Origin: Cycas panzhihuaensis
Lineage: Eukaryota; Plantae; Cycadophyta
Assembly: GCA_023213395.1 (NCBI GenBank)
Contig: CM041465.1
Coordinates: 227,547,741 to 227,611,740, forward strand
DNA: 64,000 bases
Reading direction: 5' to 3'
The position numbers were made by a program, and so were the translations under genes. The notes beneath the pieces are model-generated. The model worked only from the letters and a program-made list of their open reading frames with translations, was not told the DNA's origin and ran no database searches. This document shows positions 14,840-27,989 of the stretch, piece by piece (the stretch's first letter is position 1; each line of letters opens with the position of its first letter).

Positions 14840-17800
14840 CATTACCAATTATAAATCCTAGAATATTAGGGGTATGAATGGTCCCTCAAAATATAGAATG
14901 GCTAGAGAACTATGATCTAGATATAAGTTGTACACCCTTCTCTTATAGGAAACTAAACTTGAGGAGGGGAACATGGATGCTATTCTTAGTAAGGTATGGA
15001 GGGGAGTAGGTATGGCTATAAGAGATGGGAGTAGAGGATTTAGTAGCTTGGTTACCTTATAGATCCCAAGAAGTTGGGAAGGGGAAATATGTACCTCTAA
15101 GGAGCACTTTCTGTTCAACTAGTTAATGTATAAAAAATCCAACCTAAAATGGTTAGTTATGAATGTTTATACACCGTTAACATAAGATGGTAGAAAGCAC
15201 CTATGGGATAGATTACTGGAGACTCATAAGGATAAGAGAGGCCCATGAATGATAGTTGGAGATCTGAATATAACCCTGTTACCTAGGGAAAAGAAAGGGG
15301 GCCAGGGGGGTTGGACCAAGAACATGGAAGACCTGGGGGAGTTCATGCAAAAGGGATGTGTAATGGACATTCCCCTTCGTGGTCTAAAGTATACCTAAGC
15401 TAATAGAAGACTCGAGGAGTATCACATTAAGGTTAGGATGGATAGAGTCTATACATCAATATTGTTCTGGAAACAACACCTAAATCAATTTCATATCACT
15501 CCCCACTGATTTTAAGCTTTATTGATAAAAAGAAGTTTATGGGAACCCGTTTTATATTTGAGATGATGTGGACAAAGGACCCAAGCCTTCGTGATTTGAT
15601 TGCAAACTGGTAGAATTTCTAAGTCAAAGGATGTGGAATGCTCAAATTCTCAAAAGACTTGAAATGGATAAAGACTCAGATAAAAGAATGGAATAAAAGT
15701 GTCTTCTAAAATATATTTAGAACAACAAACTAAATCTTGGAAGAACTCAAGAGGTTAGAGGAAAAAATTCAGGAATAAGGTAGATCTGTCTCCTTAGACC
15801 AAGGAGAGAGAGGCCTTCAAGCAACATTGGTAGATGTCATGTTAAAGGAAGAAATCCACTAGAGACAAAAATCAAGAGCTTTGTGGCTAGCTGAAGGTGA
15901 CAAAAATATAAAATTTTTTCATATGACCACCCTAAAACATAGATCTTATAATTATATTAGGATGATGATCAACAAAGAAGATGAGGAAATAAATGATTAG
16001 AAAGGGATAAAGGAGGTGGCGATGGACTATTTTAGGGAGTTGTTTGATGAACCTATATGCAAAGATGTTGAGGCTAGGAGAGAGATGATAAATACAATCC
16101 TTAAGATTATGGGGGAGGATTGGAACATATTTCTAAAAGCACCTTTCACTCTGGAGGAGTTCAAGAATGCAGTGTTTAGCATGAAGAAGGAGAAATCCCC
16201 TAGCCCATATGGTTTTCCTCTGGGCTTCATCTAAGAATATTAGGACATTACTAAAGAATATCTACTTGAGGTGGTCTTAGAGTTCTATAAGAATGGTAAA
16301 ATTCATGGGGAGTGGCAAGCCACCTTCTTGGCCTTGATTCTGAGGAAAGGAGATGCCAAAAAGATGGAAGATTTTAGACCTATAAGCCTGTGTAATGTGA
16401 AAATAAGATCCTCGCGAAAATCCTTGCTAATAGGCTTAAAAGAATTCTCCCTTTGATAATAGCTCCTAACCAAGATGGATTTGTTAAAGGGAGGCAAATT
16501 TTGGATGGAATAATCGTGGTCTATGAAATGGTTTACTCAACATTTCAAAAGAAAGAACTTGGTATGATTGTAAAAATTAACCTTTCTAAGGCTTACAATA
16601 GAGGCTCTTAGAATTATCTAATGGAATATATCAGAGCTTTTGGGGTTAGTGAGTGCATGGGGAACTAGATAAAAAGATGTATTATGAACCTAAAATTCTC
16701 AGTGTTGGTTAATAGAAAGTTGACAACCTTCTTCCCCAGGTTTAGAGGCCTATGACAAGGAGACCCTTTAGCGTCTTATCTCTTTATTGTTATGGCTAAA
16801 ATGTTAGGAAGGGACTTAGTGGAATCCAGAGGAACAGGTAAGCTAAAAGGACTAAAATATACATCGAGTGTGGATAATATTGTCCATTGCCACTTCATGG
16901 ATGATAATATTTTATTTGGTAAGGCTACAATCATGGAGGCCAGAGTGATAAAAAAAGAGTTAGTTAGGTTTTATGATGCTACTAACTACAAGATTAACCT
17001 TAATAAGAGTAACATCTTCTTCTTGAATACTTTGGCAAGGACCTAGGGTGTTATTAGTCAAATTCTAGAAATGCCTATTAGGAGGCTTCCTTCATTGTAC
17101 CTAGGTTTTCCCCTCTTTGTAGGTAAATTAGAGAAGGAGCTCTTGAACCCTATTATCCATCATATTCAAAAGAAGTTAGCGGGATGGAAAGGGGCACTAT
17201 TAAGTCAAGCTGGTAAGCTACAATTATTGACTGCCTCTCTTCAGAGTATTCCATCATACATGATGTCTTTGTTTAGATGCCCAAAAAAGATTGTAAGTAT
17301 TCTAGAATCTATCTAGAAAAGGTTCTTGTGGTTAGGAATGGAGGATAGAGATAGGATTCACCTTGTCGCTTGGGAGAAAGTATGCCTCCCTAAGTAGGCA
17401 TGTGGCCTCAATGTGAAAGATATTTCCTGCTTCAACAGGGCTTTGGTGGAAAAACTTGGTTGGTGCCTTGCTAAGGGGGAGAATAAATTCTAGTGTAGAA
17501 TTATTACCCAGAAATATCGTTGACACAAAAAGTATCTGATAGATGACCTCTCTGGGAATGGTGGCTCCAAGATCTGGAGAAGTCTTATAGGTGTGAGAAA
17601 GATGCTTATAGTTGGGGTTGAGTGGAGCTTGGGGAATGGAGAAAGAACTAAAACTTAGGAGGATATGTATTATGGAAGGCCCTTATTAAAGGGGAGACCC
17701 TTCTTAGGAGCTCTTTATAACATCTTCTAGAGGTCTTATGGGAGGAAGGTTAAAGATTATTAGGTAACTCATGGGGAGGCAAAAACTTAGAGAAGCTTCT

Positions 17801-17985
17801 AGGACCTCCCCTATGAGTTCATGGGTAGGGATCAAATCATCTCTTTAACATATGAGTTTGGTAAAAACTATATTCCTAAATTCCCCAAGGATGATGTGAT
17901 GGTCTGGCCTGGGGTTCCCTCAGGGGACTATTTAGTGAAGATGGGTTATTTAGCATTGCTCTTGGATAGAGGCCTTAGTGATTTG
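14840..17985 (+). pseudogene. LINE ORF2: APE endonuclease and reverse transcriptase
   Basis: S*NIRG, *ETKL, IVGDLN, RMDRV, QKSRALWLAEGDKNIKFFH, KSPSPYGF, FRPISLCNV, GL*QGDPL, HFMDDNILF, YLGFPL, WKGALLSQAGKLQLL. Many stops and frameshifts. Confidence 0.93.
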
Positions 17986-19307
17986 GTTCAAGTTTATTCA
18001 TGATGATAAGGTATACATTATAAAGCATACTATCATTCCTAATTTTCCATTCTTATAATCAATTCATAAAGCTCATCATGATGATGAAGGAAAAACTTCA
18101 TGGTTCATCCCTTTAGGTTTTAATTATTATGGGATCTTCTTCAATACCACATCTAATGTAGAGAATACTTTTGAGGAACCCCCTTTTTGTTTATTTAACT
18201 ATTTACATCATGTGATTTTTAAAAATAACAAGGCTTATGAAGTTCTCCTGATTTCTCTACCTATTTGGGATTCTGACCTTAAGTCCTTTATTAATGAAAA
18301 GATTATTATTAACCTTCCTCCTCATGATTATGAATTAACATCTCCTCTACTAGAACCTATTCACATCATTATTCTAAATAATTTTCCCATTTAAAGTCCT
18401 ATATCATTAATGAGTCTAAACCATGATGATGTCTTACCACTAGTTATACTTTCTCCTTGGTTGCTTAGTCATACTTCTAATATTGATTCTTTTGAGAATG
18501 ATGAATCTATCATTGAGTTCATGACTAGCCCTTAGATAGGTCTTCCACCTAATCATCATAAATTATGTTTCCAAAGGTTTATTTTACCATTTTCACCTCC
18601 TTCTATTGGGAACCTTTCCACAAAAAATATTATCTCCTTATATTTTTAATGCACTACCTCATTAGAAAGAAGGAAATGTTATGTATTTTGGATGCACTAT
18701 TGATATCAATCTTGAAATCGAGAAAATCCCTTGTATTATTAAGATTAGGACTCAATGTACACCTTTTGAAATCACTCAATATACACAATTATTCATGAAG
18801 TTTTCTGATGTTTTTACTTAGGATTATATTGATATGCCTAACATTGATCCTAGTATCATTATTCATAATATTACTACTTATCTTGAAGCATGCCTATATG
18901 ATCAAAAATAAAGACCTATTCATCTAAGACTTTCTACTATAATCAAGGTTAAAATTTAAAAAATACTCTAAGTAGGATTTATTAAATACATCAATTATCC
19001 CATTTTGATCTTAAATGTAGTTCCTATTGATAGGAAGAATGGTTCTATTTGCATTTATGTTGACTATAGAAACATCAATGAAGCATGTCCTAAAGATAAT
19101 TTTTATTTACCTTTTATTAATCAAATTGTTAATGGATCCTTTGGTTTTGAGATTATCCCTCTTATGGATGGTTTTTTTTATTATAATAAGATTCAAATTT
19201 CTTAATCAAATTGTTATAAAATAACATGTACTACACCTTGGTTTATATTTCAGTAGAAACCAATACCATTTAATCTTAAAAATATAGGCACCACATATCA
19301 ATAATCC

Positions 19308-19727
19308 TGTTAGAAAGGTTAATGTTACCTTTTATATTATAAAGGTTAATGTTATAAATTTATTATTCTTCATTATGTAAAGCTCGTTGAAATGAGAAAC
19401 TACCCATTTAAATGAACCTTTTACTTCTTAAAAAGTTGCTCCTAGAATCTAGGAGAAATGATAGGAGGTTGTCTAGTTATCCTAAGCCTATCTTAAGGTT
19501 GGTCTTAAACCTTTGGCTAGTATATAGGAGGTATTCTTGGTCAGGTCTGACTGTCATGGCTATGTAAAGGTTTTCAGCCAATAGAATTTCTTTTTCAGAG
19601 ATGGTTTTTCTTCCCCAGAAGGGGTTTTCCACCTGCCAATAATATGTATCAGTGCAATGTTTATTTGTGTGTATTCTATGCCTTTTATTTCATGTTGATA
19701 ATATTTCACATGATAGCTATCTTCACA
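19308..19727 (+). repeat. Copia 5' LTR
   Basis: Direct repeat of 25638-26057. I counted ~16 mismatches in the first ~120 bp, mostly transitions. Confidence 0.95.
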
Positions 19728-19739
19728 TGGTATCATAGC
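19728..19739 (+). promoter_or_regulatory. Primer-binding site, tRNA-iMet
   Basis: TGGTATCATAGC directly after the LTR CA. Confidence 0.92.
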
Positions 19740-19780
19740 TTGGTCAACCAGTGCCTTTCAACAGTTAAATTAATGTTGAA

Positions 19781-20269
19781 ACAAGGTGCCTTCTATTTGG
19801 GGAATATAAAGCTATAATTCCAAATGGAGAACCATTAGGGTTAAATGGATATGCCTCAGTCACACACCCATCATCATCACAGTATCTGATAGGTGCCAAC
19901 TTCGACTCTAAGACATGGTCCAAAATGCCTTTGTTAGGAAAGAATGCTCTTCTTTCTCCATGAGCAACCCAGATACCAACAGTAGTGCTTGCCATGTCTT
20001 TCAACATTATTGAATAAGAATCCTCTATCTTGACAGAGCTGAAATGACATTCAAAATGACTAGATTCATTGTGAATGAATTAAGGTTGTGATATATTCCC
20101 ACCCTCACCAAGCACGCCTCCCACTTCATGCCTGGGTACCCAGTCAAGAAGGGCCATGAGCTTACATCCATTACATACCCCAAGGCTGAATGTATCCAAT
20201 CACTTATAAAATTCTTGAAATTACTAAAGAAGAGATTGATTGAATTGTATGGTGGCAGCCCACCCCTTT
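19781..20269 (-). pseudogene. PUR4: Captured fragment of plant FGAM synthase (phosphoribosylformylglycinamidine synthase), glutaminase domain
   Basis: One minus frame reads KGWAATIQFNQSLL**FQEFYK*LDTFSLGVCNGCKLMALLDWVPRHEVGGVLGEGGNISQP*FIHNESSHFECHFSSVKIEDSYSIMLKDMASTTVGIWVAHGERRAFFP...APIRYCDDDGCVTEAYPFNPNGSPFGIIALYSPNRRHL. These are recognisable PurL motifs (KGWA, DTFSLG.CNGCQ, HNESGRFE, AHGEG, YP.NPNGS). Confidence 0.93.
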
Positions 20270-21284
20270 AGAGAGGAGGATGTCTAGTCAAAGAATCCAT
20301 CACCATCGCCTCGACTTGCAAAAACCAGACCAAGAAAAACCTTTGTTCATCACCATAGCTGTTGCCTCGAAGAAAATGAATAGGTAGGGTGTCGAAACCC
20401 AAAACTAAAATAAATTTGATATATTATTTTTTTTGTTTAATCAAAACTTTCTTTTGTTTTGTTAAAATTTAATTCTGGTCTGTCACCCCCCCCCTTTTTT
20501 ATTTTCCCCGTATTTTTTTTAACTTTTTAAACTTTATAAGTAATCAAATTAAATTTAGTTAATTTTTAGGATAACTTAATAATCAATTAAAATCAAATAT
20601 ATCTACTTCTTCCCCCCATTTCATTTTTAATAATTATTTAAAATTAATCAACTATTCCCTCCCTTTTATATTAATTTATGATGTTTAATGAATGATTTTC
20701 TTTCTTTTTCAACTTTAAAGTGATTTAATTAATTAAAACAAACCTAGTTAACTTTAAGGTATCTAAGTAGTCAATTAAAACACACATTTTTTAAAGCGCT
20801 TCCTTTTATCATTTTTTCATTAATAAGACTCTTAATATTAATTCCCCCTTCTCCTAATCACTTAATTTTAATGATTAAAGTAAACCAATTCTTTTTTATT
20901 TAATTTTTCTTATAAAAAAGATAATTAAAGGTGAATCATAAAAAATTAGTCTAATAATACCTTTCACCACTCTTATTAAAATCATTAATTATATAATTGA
21001 TTATAAGGTAATCTCTAAAGCATTAAGTATCTTAATTAGTCCCTTTCAAGATATTAAGCTCTCTTAACAACAAAGGGAATAATAATAATTTTTTCTTTAA
21101 TAATTTAGAAAGGGAAGTATTTATCAAAATTTAATTTTCTTTTAAGGGAAGGGTATTTAAACAACCTATCTCAAATAATAATAATGATCTCAAGCTTTTT
21201 AAATATCTTTGTTAATTATCAATGGAAAATTAAAGGATACCTTTAATAGTAGTTATCAATAAGTTTTGTGACCTATTAATTCAC

Positions 21285-21377
21285 CTACAGTCAAACTTGT
21301 CAAACCTCTTTCAAGAGGATCTCTAATCATCTACAGTCAAACTTGTCAAAACCTCTTTCAAGAGGATCTTTAATCAT
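21285..21377. repeat. Tandem duplication, 2 x ~46 bp, in the Copia leader
   Basis: ctacagtcaaacttgtcaaa(a)cctctttcaagaggatctYtaatcat at 21285 and 21331. Confidence 0.9.
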
Positions 21378-21439
21378 CATTTTGTATCCATAATAGAACT
21401 CATGTGAAGTTTAATCCCCTATATACCAATTCTAGTTTT

Positions 21440-24400
21440 AAATGGCTTAAATTATACTGACTAGAAGAATTGAATATCCCATCAACTTAAACAGCAAAAG
21501 ATATGGCGATATGTTACAGGTGAATTTTTAAAACCAAAAGATGAAAAATTAAAAAGCTATATGGTCTATCTGATGAATTGTGATGAAGCCCTAGGCACCA
21601 TCCTATCATTTCTTTTATTTGACATTAGTTAACAATTTTCTAATATAAACAATCTTACCACCGTCTAGAAAACCCTTAAGGAAAAGTTTGACAAGGTTGA
21701 CATACAATAATTAGCTGTCATAGAACAACAATTATACAACCTCAAGTATGATGAATTTTTTGAAGTTGAAGATTTCTTATCTAAAATTTAACTTATTAAT
21801 AAAGAACTAGGGAATTATATTAAATCTACAATAAAAGTAGGTGATAAAGAAGAAAAAGTCACACATGCCAAAGACGACGATACCCTCATTTGGTTGGCAA
21901 TAAACAAACTTCTAAAGCATTTTAATCTCTTTAAGACTGCTAAACAGCAAGCTGGTAATCCACCAATAACCTTCAATCAGTTGACAAATCAACTAATAGA
22001 ACACCAATGTTGATTCAAACTGAAAAATTAAAGGATCCTTCTCAGACTTTCTTTTTAAAATTAAAACCTCAACATAAAACTAAATACCAAAATAATTACA
22101 ATAGTAGGACTAAGTTTCAAAAACCTCATAGGGGTCCACCATCTACTTCTCAAAATAATACTAAGTATTCTAGACCACCAAGATACTAGAATACCTCTAA
22201 ATAGTTCGTTCCAAATCCAAACACTGTAAATCCTTCACAGAACATTAGTTGTACTTATTGCCACAAAAAAGGCCATACTATTGATGTCTGCAGAAATTGA
22301 ATAGATTTAGAAGCTTAGAAAGCTTCTAAGGGAATTCAATCCTGACCCCAATCACATAATCATTCTTTAACTATTTCCACCTCTGCCTTTGTTTCTCCAT
22401 CTAGTATATCACCGCAATAGATTCTTGACTCTGGTGCTTCCCATCACATGACAGGACACTGGGAGAATTTAACCACTTATCAATCTGATATTAACTCTGA
22501 AGAAGAGATTTCTTTCAGGAGTGGATCTCAACTCAAAGTGAAAGGATCTGGTGATGTCACTCTGAAAGGTGGTTCAATCAAGTATGTATTCTATGTACTT
22601 TTTGTTACCAAATCTTCTTTTTGTTTACCAAATCTACTAGAAAGATCTTATTGTCAAATTCTAGAAAGACAGATTTATTATTAAAGAACCATTAAACAAA
22701 TTAAAATCTTTTGCCTATAGACCTACTAATCATAAAATAGGTATCTATAGCTTAACTAATTTACAAAATACTAAAACAAAGTCCTTTAGTGCCTTTATAG
22801 CCAAATCTAACCCAATCAGTAAATTATGGCATGTATGGTTTGGCCATACTAGCTATAGAAAACTTCATTATCTAAAAAGACATGATATAGTTCATGGTCT
22901 TCCACCCCTAAATACTGTCTATGGTGTCTGTAAAGGCTGCATAATAGGTAAGCAACACGTGGATCCCTTTCTACGTCATACCCAATTTAGAGTGAAAGTT
23001 CCACTTAAACTTGTTCACTTTGATATATGTGGACCATTCTATGTAACTTTATACTTTGGAAGTCATTATTTTGTTACCTTTATTGATGATTTTTTGAGAA
23101 AATGTTGGGTCTATACACTCAAGACTTGTAATCAAGTGTTTGATATCTTCACTAGATTTAAAACACTTGTAAAAAATTAATCAAACTCAAAAATTAAAAT
23201 TTTTAGATCTGACAATGCCAAAGAATATCTAAGTGGCAAGTTTACTTCCTTTTGTAAGAGATATAGAAATCAATTTCAACATTCTGTTGCTTATACTCCT
23301 CAACAAAATAGTGTTGCTAAACACAAAAATTATACTATAGTCAAAATAACTAGATACATGTTACATGCAAAGAATCTTAATTTAAAGTTATGGGCAGAAG
23401 CAATTGTTTACTCTAACTATCTCCTAAATCATCTACTTAGTAAGACCTTAAAGAATGTTGTGCTAGAACAGAAATGGTCTAGTCGTAAACCTTCAGTTAA
23501 ATATCTTAGAATCTTTAGAAGTATTATATGGGGACACATTCCTAAAGAAAAATATAAGAAACTAGATCTTAAAAGTTTAAAATACATCTTTGTTGGTTAC
23601 AGTAAAGAAAGTAAAGCATATAGACTTCTAGATCTAATCACACATAAGATCTTGATCTTATGTGATGTAATATTTGATGAAGAAGGATCTACATCAAATT
23701 CTACTTACGTAGAACTCCCAATTGAGAATTTGTTAACCAACATTTATTTGGTTGACCCCTCAGAAAAATAAACTGACTCTGAAATGATAGAATCTTTATC
23801 CACACAAGTCTAGAACTAGGCTCTATCTGAACCAACTACAATAGATCCTTCCTTTCAATCTAGTTCTTCAAATTAACTTATGACTACAAAAATTGTCACA
23901 AATAAACAACCTATATAGGCAAAGAAATCTCTTTCTGATGTTGGATCTGACGTAGGTAATCCTTTAGATACTAGGAGAGTACATTCTCAAAAACTATAAA
24001 TTAATTATGTACTAATGGCTAAAATAATATCCAGTGATGATTCTAAAACATTTAAATAAGCTAGTAATAATCCCATATGGTAGCAAGCCATGCAAGTTGA
24101 AATAGATTCTTAAAAAAAGAATTCAACTTGGGATCTTATTACTTTACTGCCATGAAAGAATCTAGTTGATTGTAAATGGGTTTATCTAACTAAATTTAAT
24201 TTATTAGGAGCTGTTAAAAAATACAAAGCTTGCTTAGTGCCAAAAAGTTTCTCATAAATTGATGGTATCAATTATAAAGAAACATTTGCCCATGTTGCAA
24301 AAATAAATACTATCAAATTTGTTATTTCTCTAACAGCCAAATTTGGTTAAGAAATCTATTAAATGGATGTTAAGAGTACCTTTTTAAATGGTGATTTAAA

Positions 24401-25580
24401 AAAAGAAATATACATGACTCAACCTCCTGGCTTTGTTGAAAATCCTAACTTAGTTTACAAGTTAAAGAAATTAATCTACTGGTTGAAACAAGCTCATCGA
24501 GCTTGGTACATAAAAGTAAATGATTATCTTACTCAAAATAGATACACTAGATGTATTACTGATCCAAATCTCTACTTTAAATGTGAAGATAAGAATATTA
24601 CCATATTAATTATATATATTGATGATATTATTATTACATGATCTTTAAACAATAACATTCATCAACTAAAAATAACCTTGATGAATAAATTCGAAATGAC
24701 TGATCTAGGTCTTTTGCACTATTTTCTCATATTACAAATTTATCAACATGATTAAAAAATAACTATATCTTAACCAAAATACATTATAAACTTAATCAAA
24801 CGATTTAATATGGAAAATGCTTAACTAGTCTCTAATCTCTTATAATTAGGAGTAAAATTATCTATTGATTGTTCCACACTAGTTTGTGATCCAACATTAT
24901 ATAGGCAGCTTATTGGTAGCCTAATTTATCTAACACACACTCGACTTGATATATCCTATGCTATTGCTCTATGTTTGTGATATATATAAAAACCACATGC
25001 ATCACACTGGAATGTAGCTAAACATATTCTTGGATATCTACAAAATACTATTTTTTATGGCCTAACTTATAACTTTTGTAATAATTCTCTAACATTAATA
25101 GGATATACTGATTCAGATTGGCAGGAGACTCCAATGAATGTAAATCAATAACTGGTTATATTTTTTTCCTAGATTCCTCACCTATTACTTGGTCTAGTAA
25201 AAAAATATAGGCTCTAGCATTATCAACAACAGAAGTTGAATATTGAGCACTTGTTAAAGCAAGCAAAGAAGCACTATGGATCAAATCTCTTTTAAATGAA
25301 ATTTGTCTATTTCCTAACTCTTCTATAGAACTTAAAGTCAATAATCAAGGTGCTATTGCTATTGCTACCAATCTAGTTGCTCATTCTAGAACTAAACATA
25401 TAGAATTACATCAATATTTTATTCATAATCTTGTTACTGATAATACTATTCATCTATCTTATTGTCCTACATATCTATAGGTTGTTGATATCCTTACCAA
25501 ACCATTAACTGAAGTCAAGTTTTTAAACCTACAAGATTTATTAAAGATAAAAGAAATCTCCATAAAAAAGGGATCAACAT
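21440..25580 (+). pseudogene. Copia gag-pol polyprotein
   Basis: Zinc knuckle CTYCHKKGHTIDVC (22250-22291); protease ILDSGASHHMT (~22421); LWHVWFGH; integrase LVHFDICGP and RSDNAKEY; [14 protein letters not shown] and IYIDDIII; RNase H GYTDSDWAG and RTKHIE. Start approximate. Confidence 0.95.
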
Positions 25581-25637
25581 GATGAAGCCCTTCTTTATCT
25601 TATATATTGTACAAGAAAAGTTAATATTAAGGGGGGA

Positions 25638-26057
25638 TATTAGAAAGGTTAATATTACCTTTTATGTTATAAAGGTCAATGCTATAAAGTTATTATTATT
25701 CATTATGTAAAGTTTGTTGAAATGAGTAACTGCCAATTTCAACAAACCTTTCACTTCTTAAAAAGCCACACCTAGAATCTAGGAGAAATGATAGGAGGTT
25801 GTCTGGTTATCCTAACCATGTCTTAAGGATGGTATTAAACCTTTGGATAGTATGCAGAAGGTATTCTTGGTAAGGTGTGACTGTCATGGCTATGTAAAGA
25901 TTTTTAGTTAATAGAATTTCTTTTTCAAAGGTGGTTTTTCTTCCCTAAAAGGGGTTTTCCACCTGCCAATAATGTGTATTAGTACAATGTTTATTTGTGT
26001 GTATTCTATGCCTTTTATTTCATGTTGATAATATTGCACATGATACCTATCTTTACA
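25638..26057 (+). repeat. Copia 3' LTR
   Basis: Follows the PPT, ends CA, followed by the AATCC TSD. Confidence 0.95.
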
Positions 26058-27989
26058 AATCCATACAAATTACCTTCTATGATCTTATTAATAAAACCAT
26101 TGAGGTTTATGTTGATGACATATTAAGTCTTTCAAGTAAGCATGAAGACCACATTCATGATATTCACTTGATATTTGACCATTTATGTAAATATTCAATT
26201 CGCCTTAATCCAACTAAGTATTTGTTTATAATTATGACAAACAAGCTCTTAGGTTTCCTTATTTCTTATAATGGTACTTTCCCTAATTCTATCTTGGTTT
26301 CTTATGATATTTCCTTAAAGATTATTCTTTATTGCATAACCTCTTAATGACCTTGCTAAGAAAGGTACACTATTTATTTGGACCTCTAAAATTTAATAAG
26401 CATTTGATCAATGAAAATAAGCTTTGGCATCTACATTTGTGTTAGTTCCACTTTGATTTGATTATCTATTTTTGCTATATATATTTAGCACTAAAACTTT
26501 ATTAGTGAGTATGCTTGATAAGAAGGGCAATTTAGGTGATGAGAGAGCCATCTAATTCATCAATCAATCTTTAGTGGTAGTTGAATTAAACTACATATGG
26601 ACAAAAAATAATTATTTAGCTTTTGTATTTGCAACAAAGAAGCATAGGCATTATCTTCTAAGAAATACCATACATATCATAGTCCAAAACTAATCTTCTC
26701 TATGATCTATTCACATGATTAGATTTGATTAGATAATTAGGGAAACATGTGCTCTTATTACAAGAGTTTGAATTAATGATGGCCACTCATAAATCTAAAA
26801 AGGATATGGTAATCACTAGGTAATTAGCTAATAAATGTCCCTCTGATAATCATGAAGATTATCCTTATAATGATTTATTTAAAGATGAACATTTATTCTA
26901 CATTAACATTTCACAAATTAACAATTGATATAAATATATTTTTGTTATTTGTAAAACCAAAGCCTTGCTGAGTATACATCTTATAGATAACAATGTAGAA
27001 TTAGGGCTACAACCTATGATTACACTCTTATAATTGATGCTCTTTATAAATATTCTTTTGATAGAGTTCTTTTATGGTGCCTTAATCCATTAAAGGCCAA
27101 AGCAGGCTTACATGAATGCCATGATGATACTTGTGGAGCCTATTTTAGGGGAAACTCAATAGCATAATGTATTTTTTCTATGGGTTATTATTGGACCACA
27201 CTCTTTAAATGTAGCCACATACATGCTTTAAGATATAAGACCTACCAGGAATATGTAAATATTTTTTATCAACCTATAATTTTTATGAGAGCCAGAGTCT
27301 CATCTTGGCCTTTCTCCTAATGGGGTTTATATTTCATTCGCATCATTACCTCTATTTCAATATGAGGGCACAAATTTATTCTTATGGATATGGAATACTT
27401 TATGAAATAGATTGAAGCCATCCCACTCATATCTACTATTGGAAAAATTATTTGTGCTTTCAGTTTTAATAATATCATTGATTAATTCAGTATTCTTAAT
27501 ATTCTTGTCATTGTTAATGGATCTTTTCATAATAAGGATGTAGATTAATTATGAAAAAAATTTCATACAATGCATAGAACTTTGTGTCCTTATTATCCAT
27601 AAGCTAATAATCAAATTGAAGATTTTGACAAAATATTGGTTAAAATCCTTCTATAAATAGTATCTAATTCATTATATGATTGACACAAATAATTCTATCA
27701 AACTCTTTGGGTCTATAGAACTATTATTAGTATGACTCTATTTTCAACCAATAATGGCACAGAAGTAGTCCTCCCTTTACAAATAAAAATCCCCTCTCTA
27801 CGTGTATCTTTAAAAGAACTTATCAATGAAGAGTATATTTAATAAGTTAGACTCTTAGAGTTGGAAAAATTGGATAAAGTTAAATTAAATGCCTATTAGA
27901 AAAATCTTGCTTATAAATAAAAGATACATCTCACATATGACCATAAGCTTCAACTTAGAACATTTATTATAAGAGATAATGGTATGGTC

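Larger units (their letters stand above)
12900..17985 (+). mobile_element. L1-clade LINE, degenerate, 3'-truncated
   Basis: Purine-rich strand with ORF1 (DUF4283-like) followed by ORF2 (APE endonuclease + RT). No poly(A) tail or TSD found. 5' boundary approximate. Confidence 0.9.
19308..26057 (+). mobile_element. Full-length Ty1/Copia LTR retrotransposon (6750 bp), degenerate
   Basis: LTRs 19308-19727 and 25638-26057 (420 bp each, TG/TA...CA). Perfect TSD AATCC (19303-19307 and 26058-26062). PBS TGGTATCATAGC at 19728. PPT AAGGGGGGA at 25629-25637. Domain order gag-PR-INT-RT-RH. Confidence 0.97.
17990..27985 (+). mobile_element. Tat/Athila-type Gypsy pol (linker-RT-RH-INT), degenerate, split by the Copia insertion at 19308-26057
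   Basis: VVPIDRKNGSICIYVDYRNINEACPKDNFYLPFINQIV (19005 ORF). RT resumes after the TSD with FYDLINKTIEVYVDDIL. Integrase HECHDDTCGAYF..GYYWTTL lies at ~27110-27205. Collinear with 51200-54750. Confidence 0.88.

Noticed and set aside
19765-20269. Functional PUR4 gene or bacterial purL horizontal transfer
   Set aside because: It is only a fragment with four stops and no HPE motif, embedded in a Copia leader. The WVP..VGGVLG.GG..SQP and RYCDDDG segments look plant-type.
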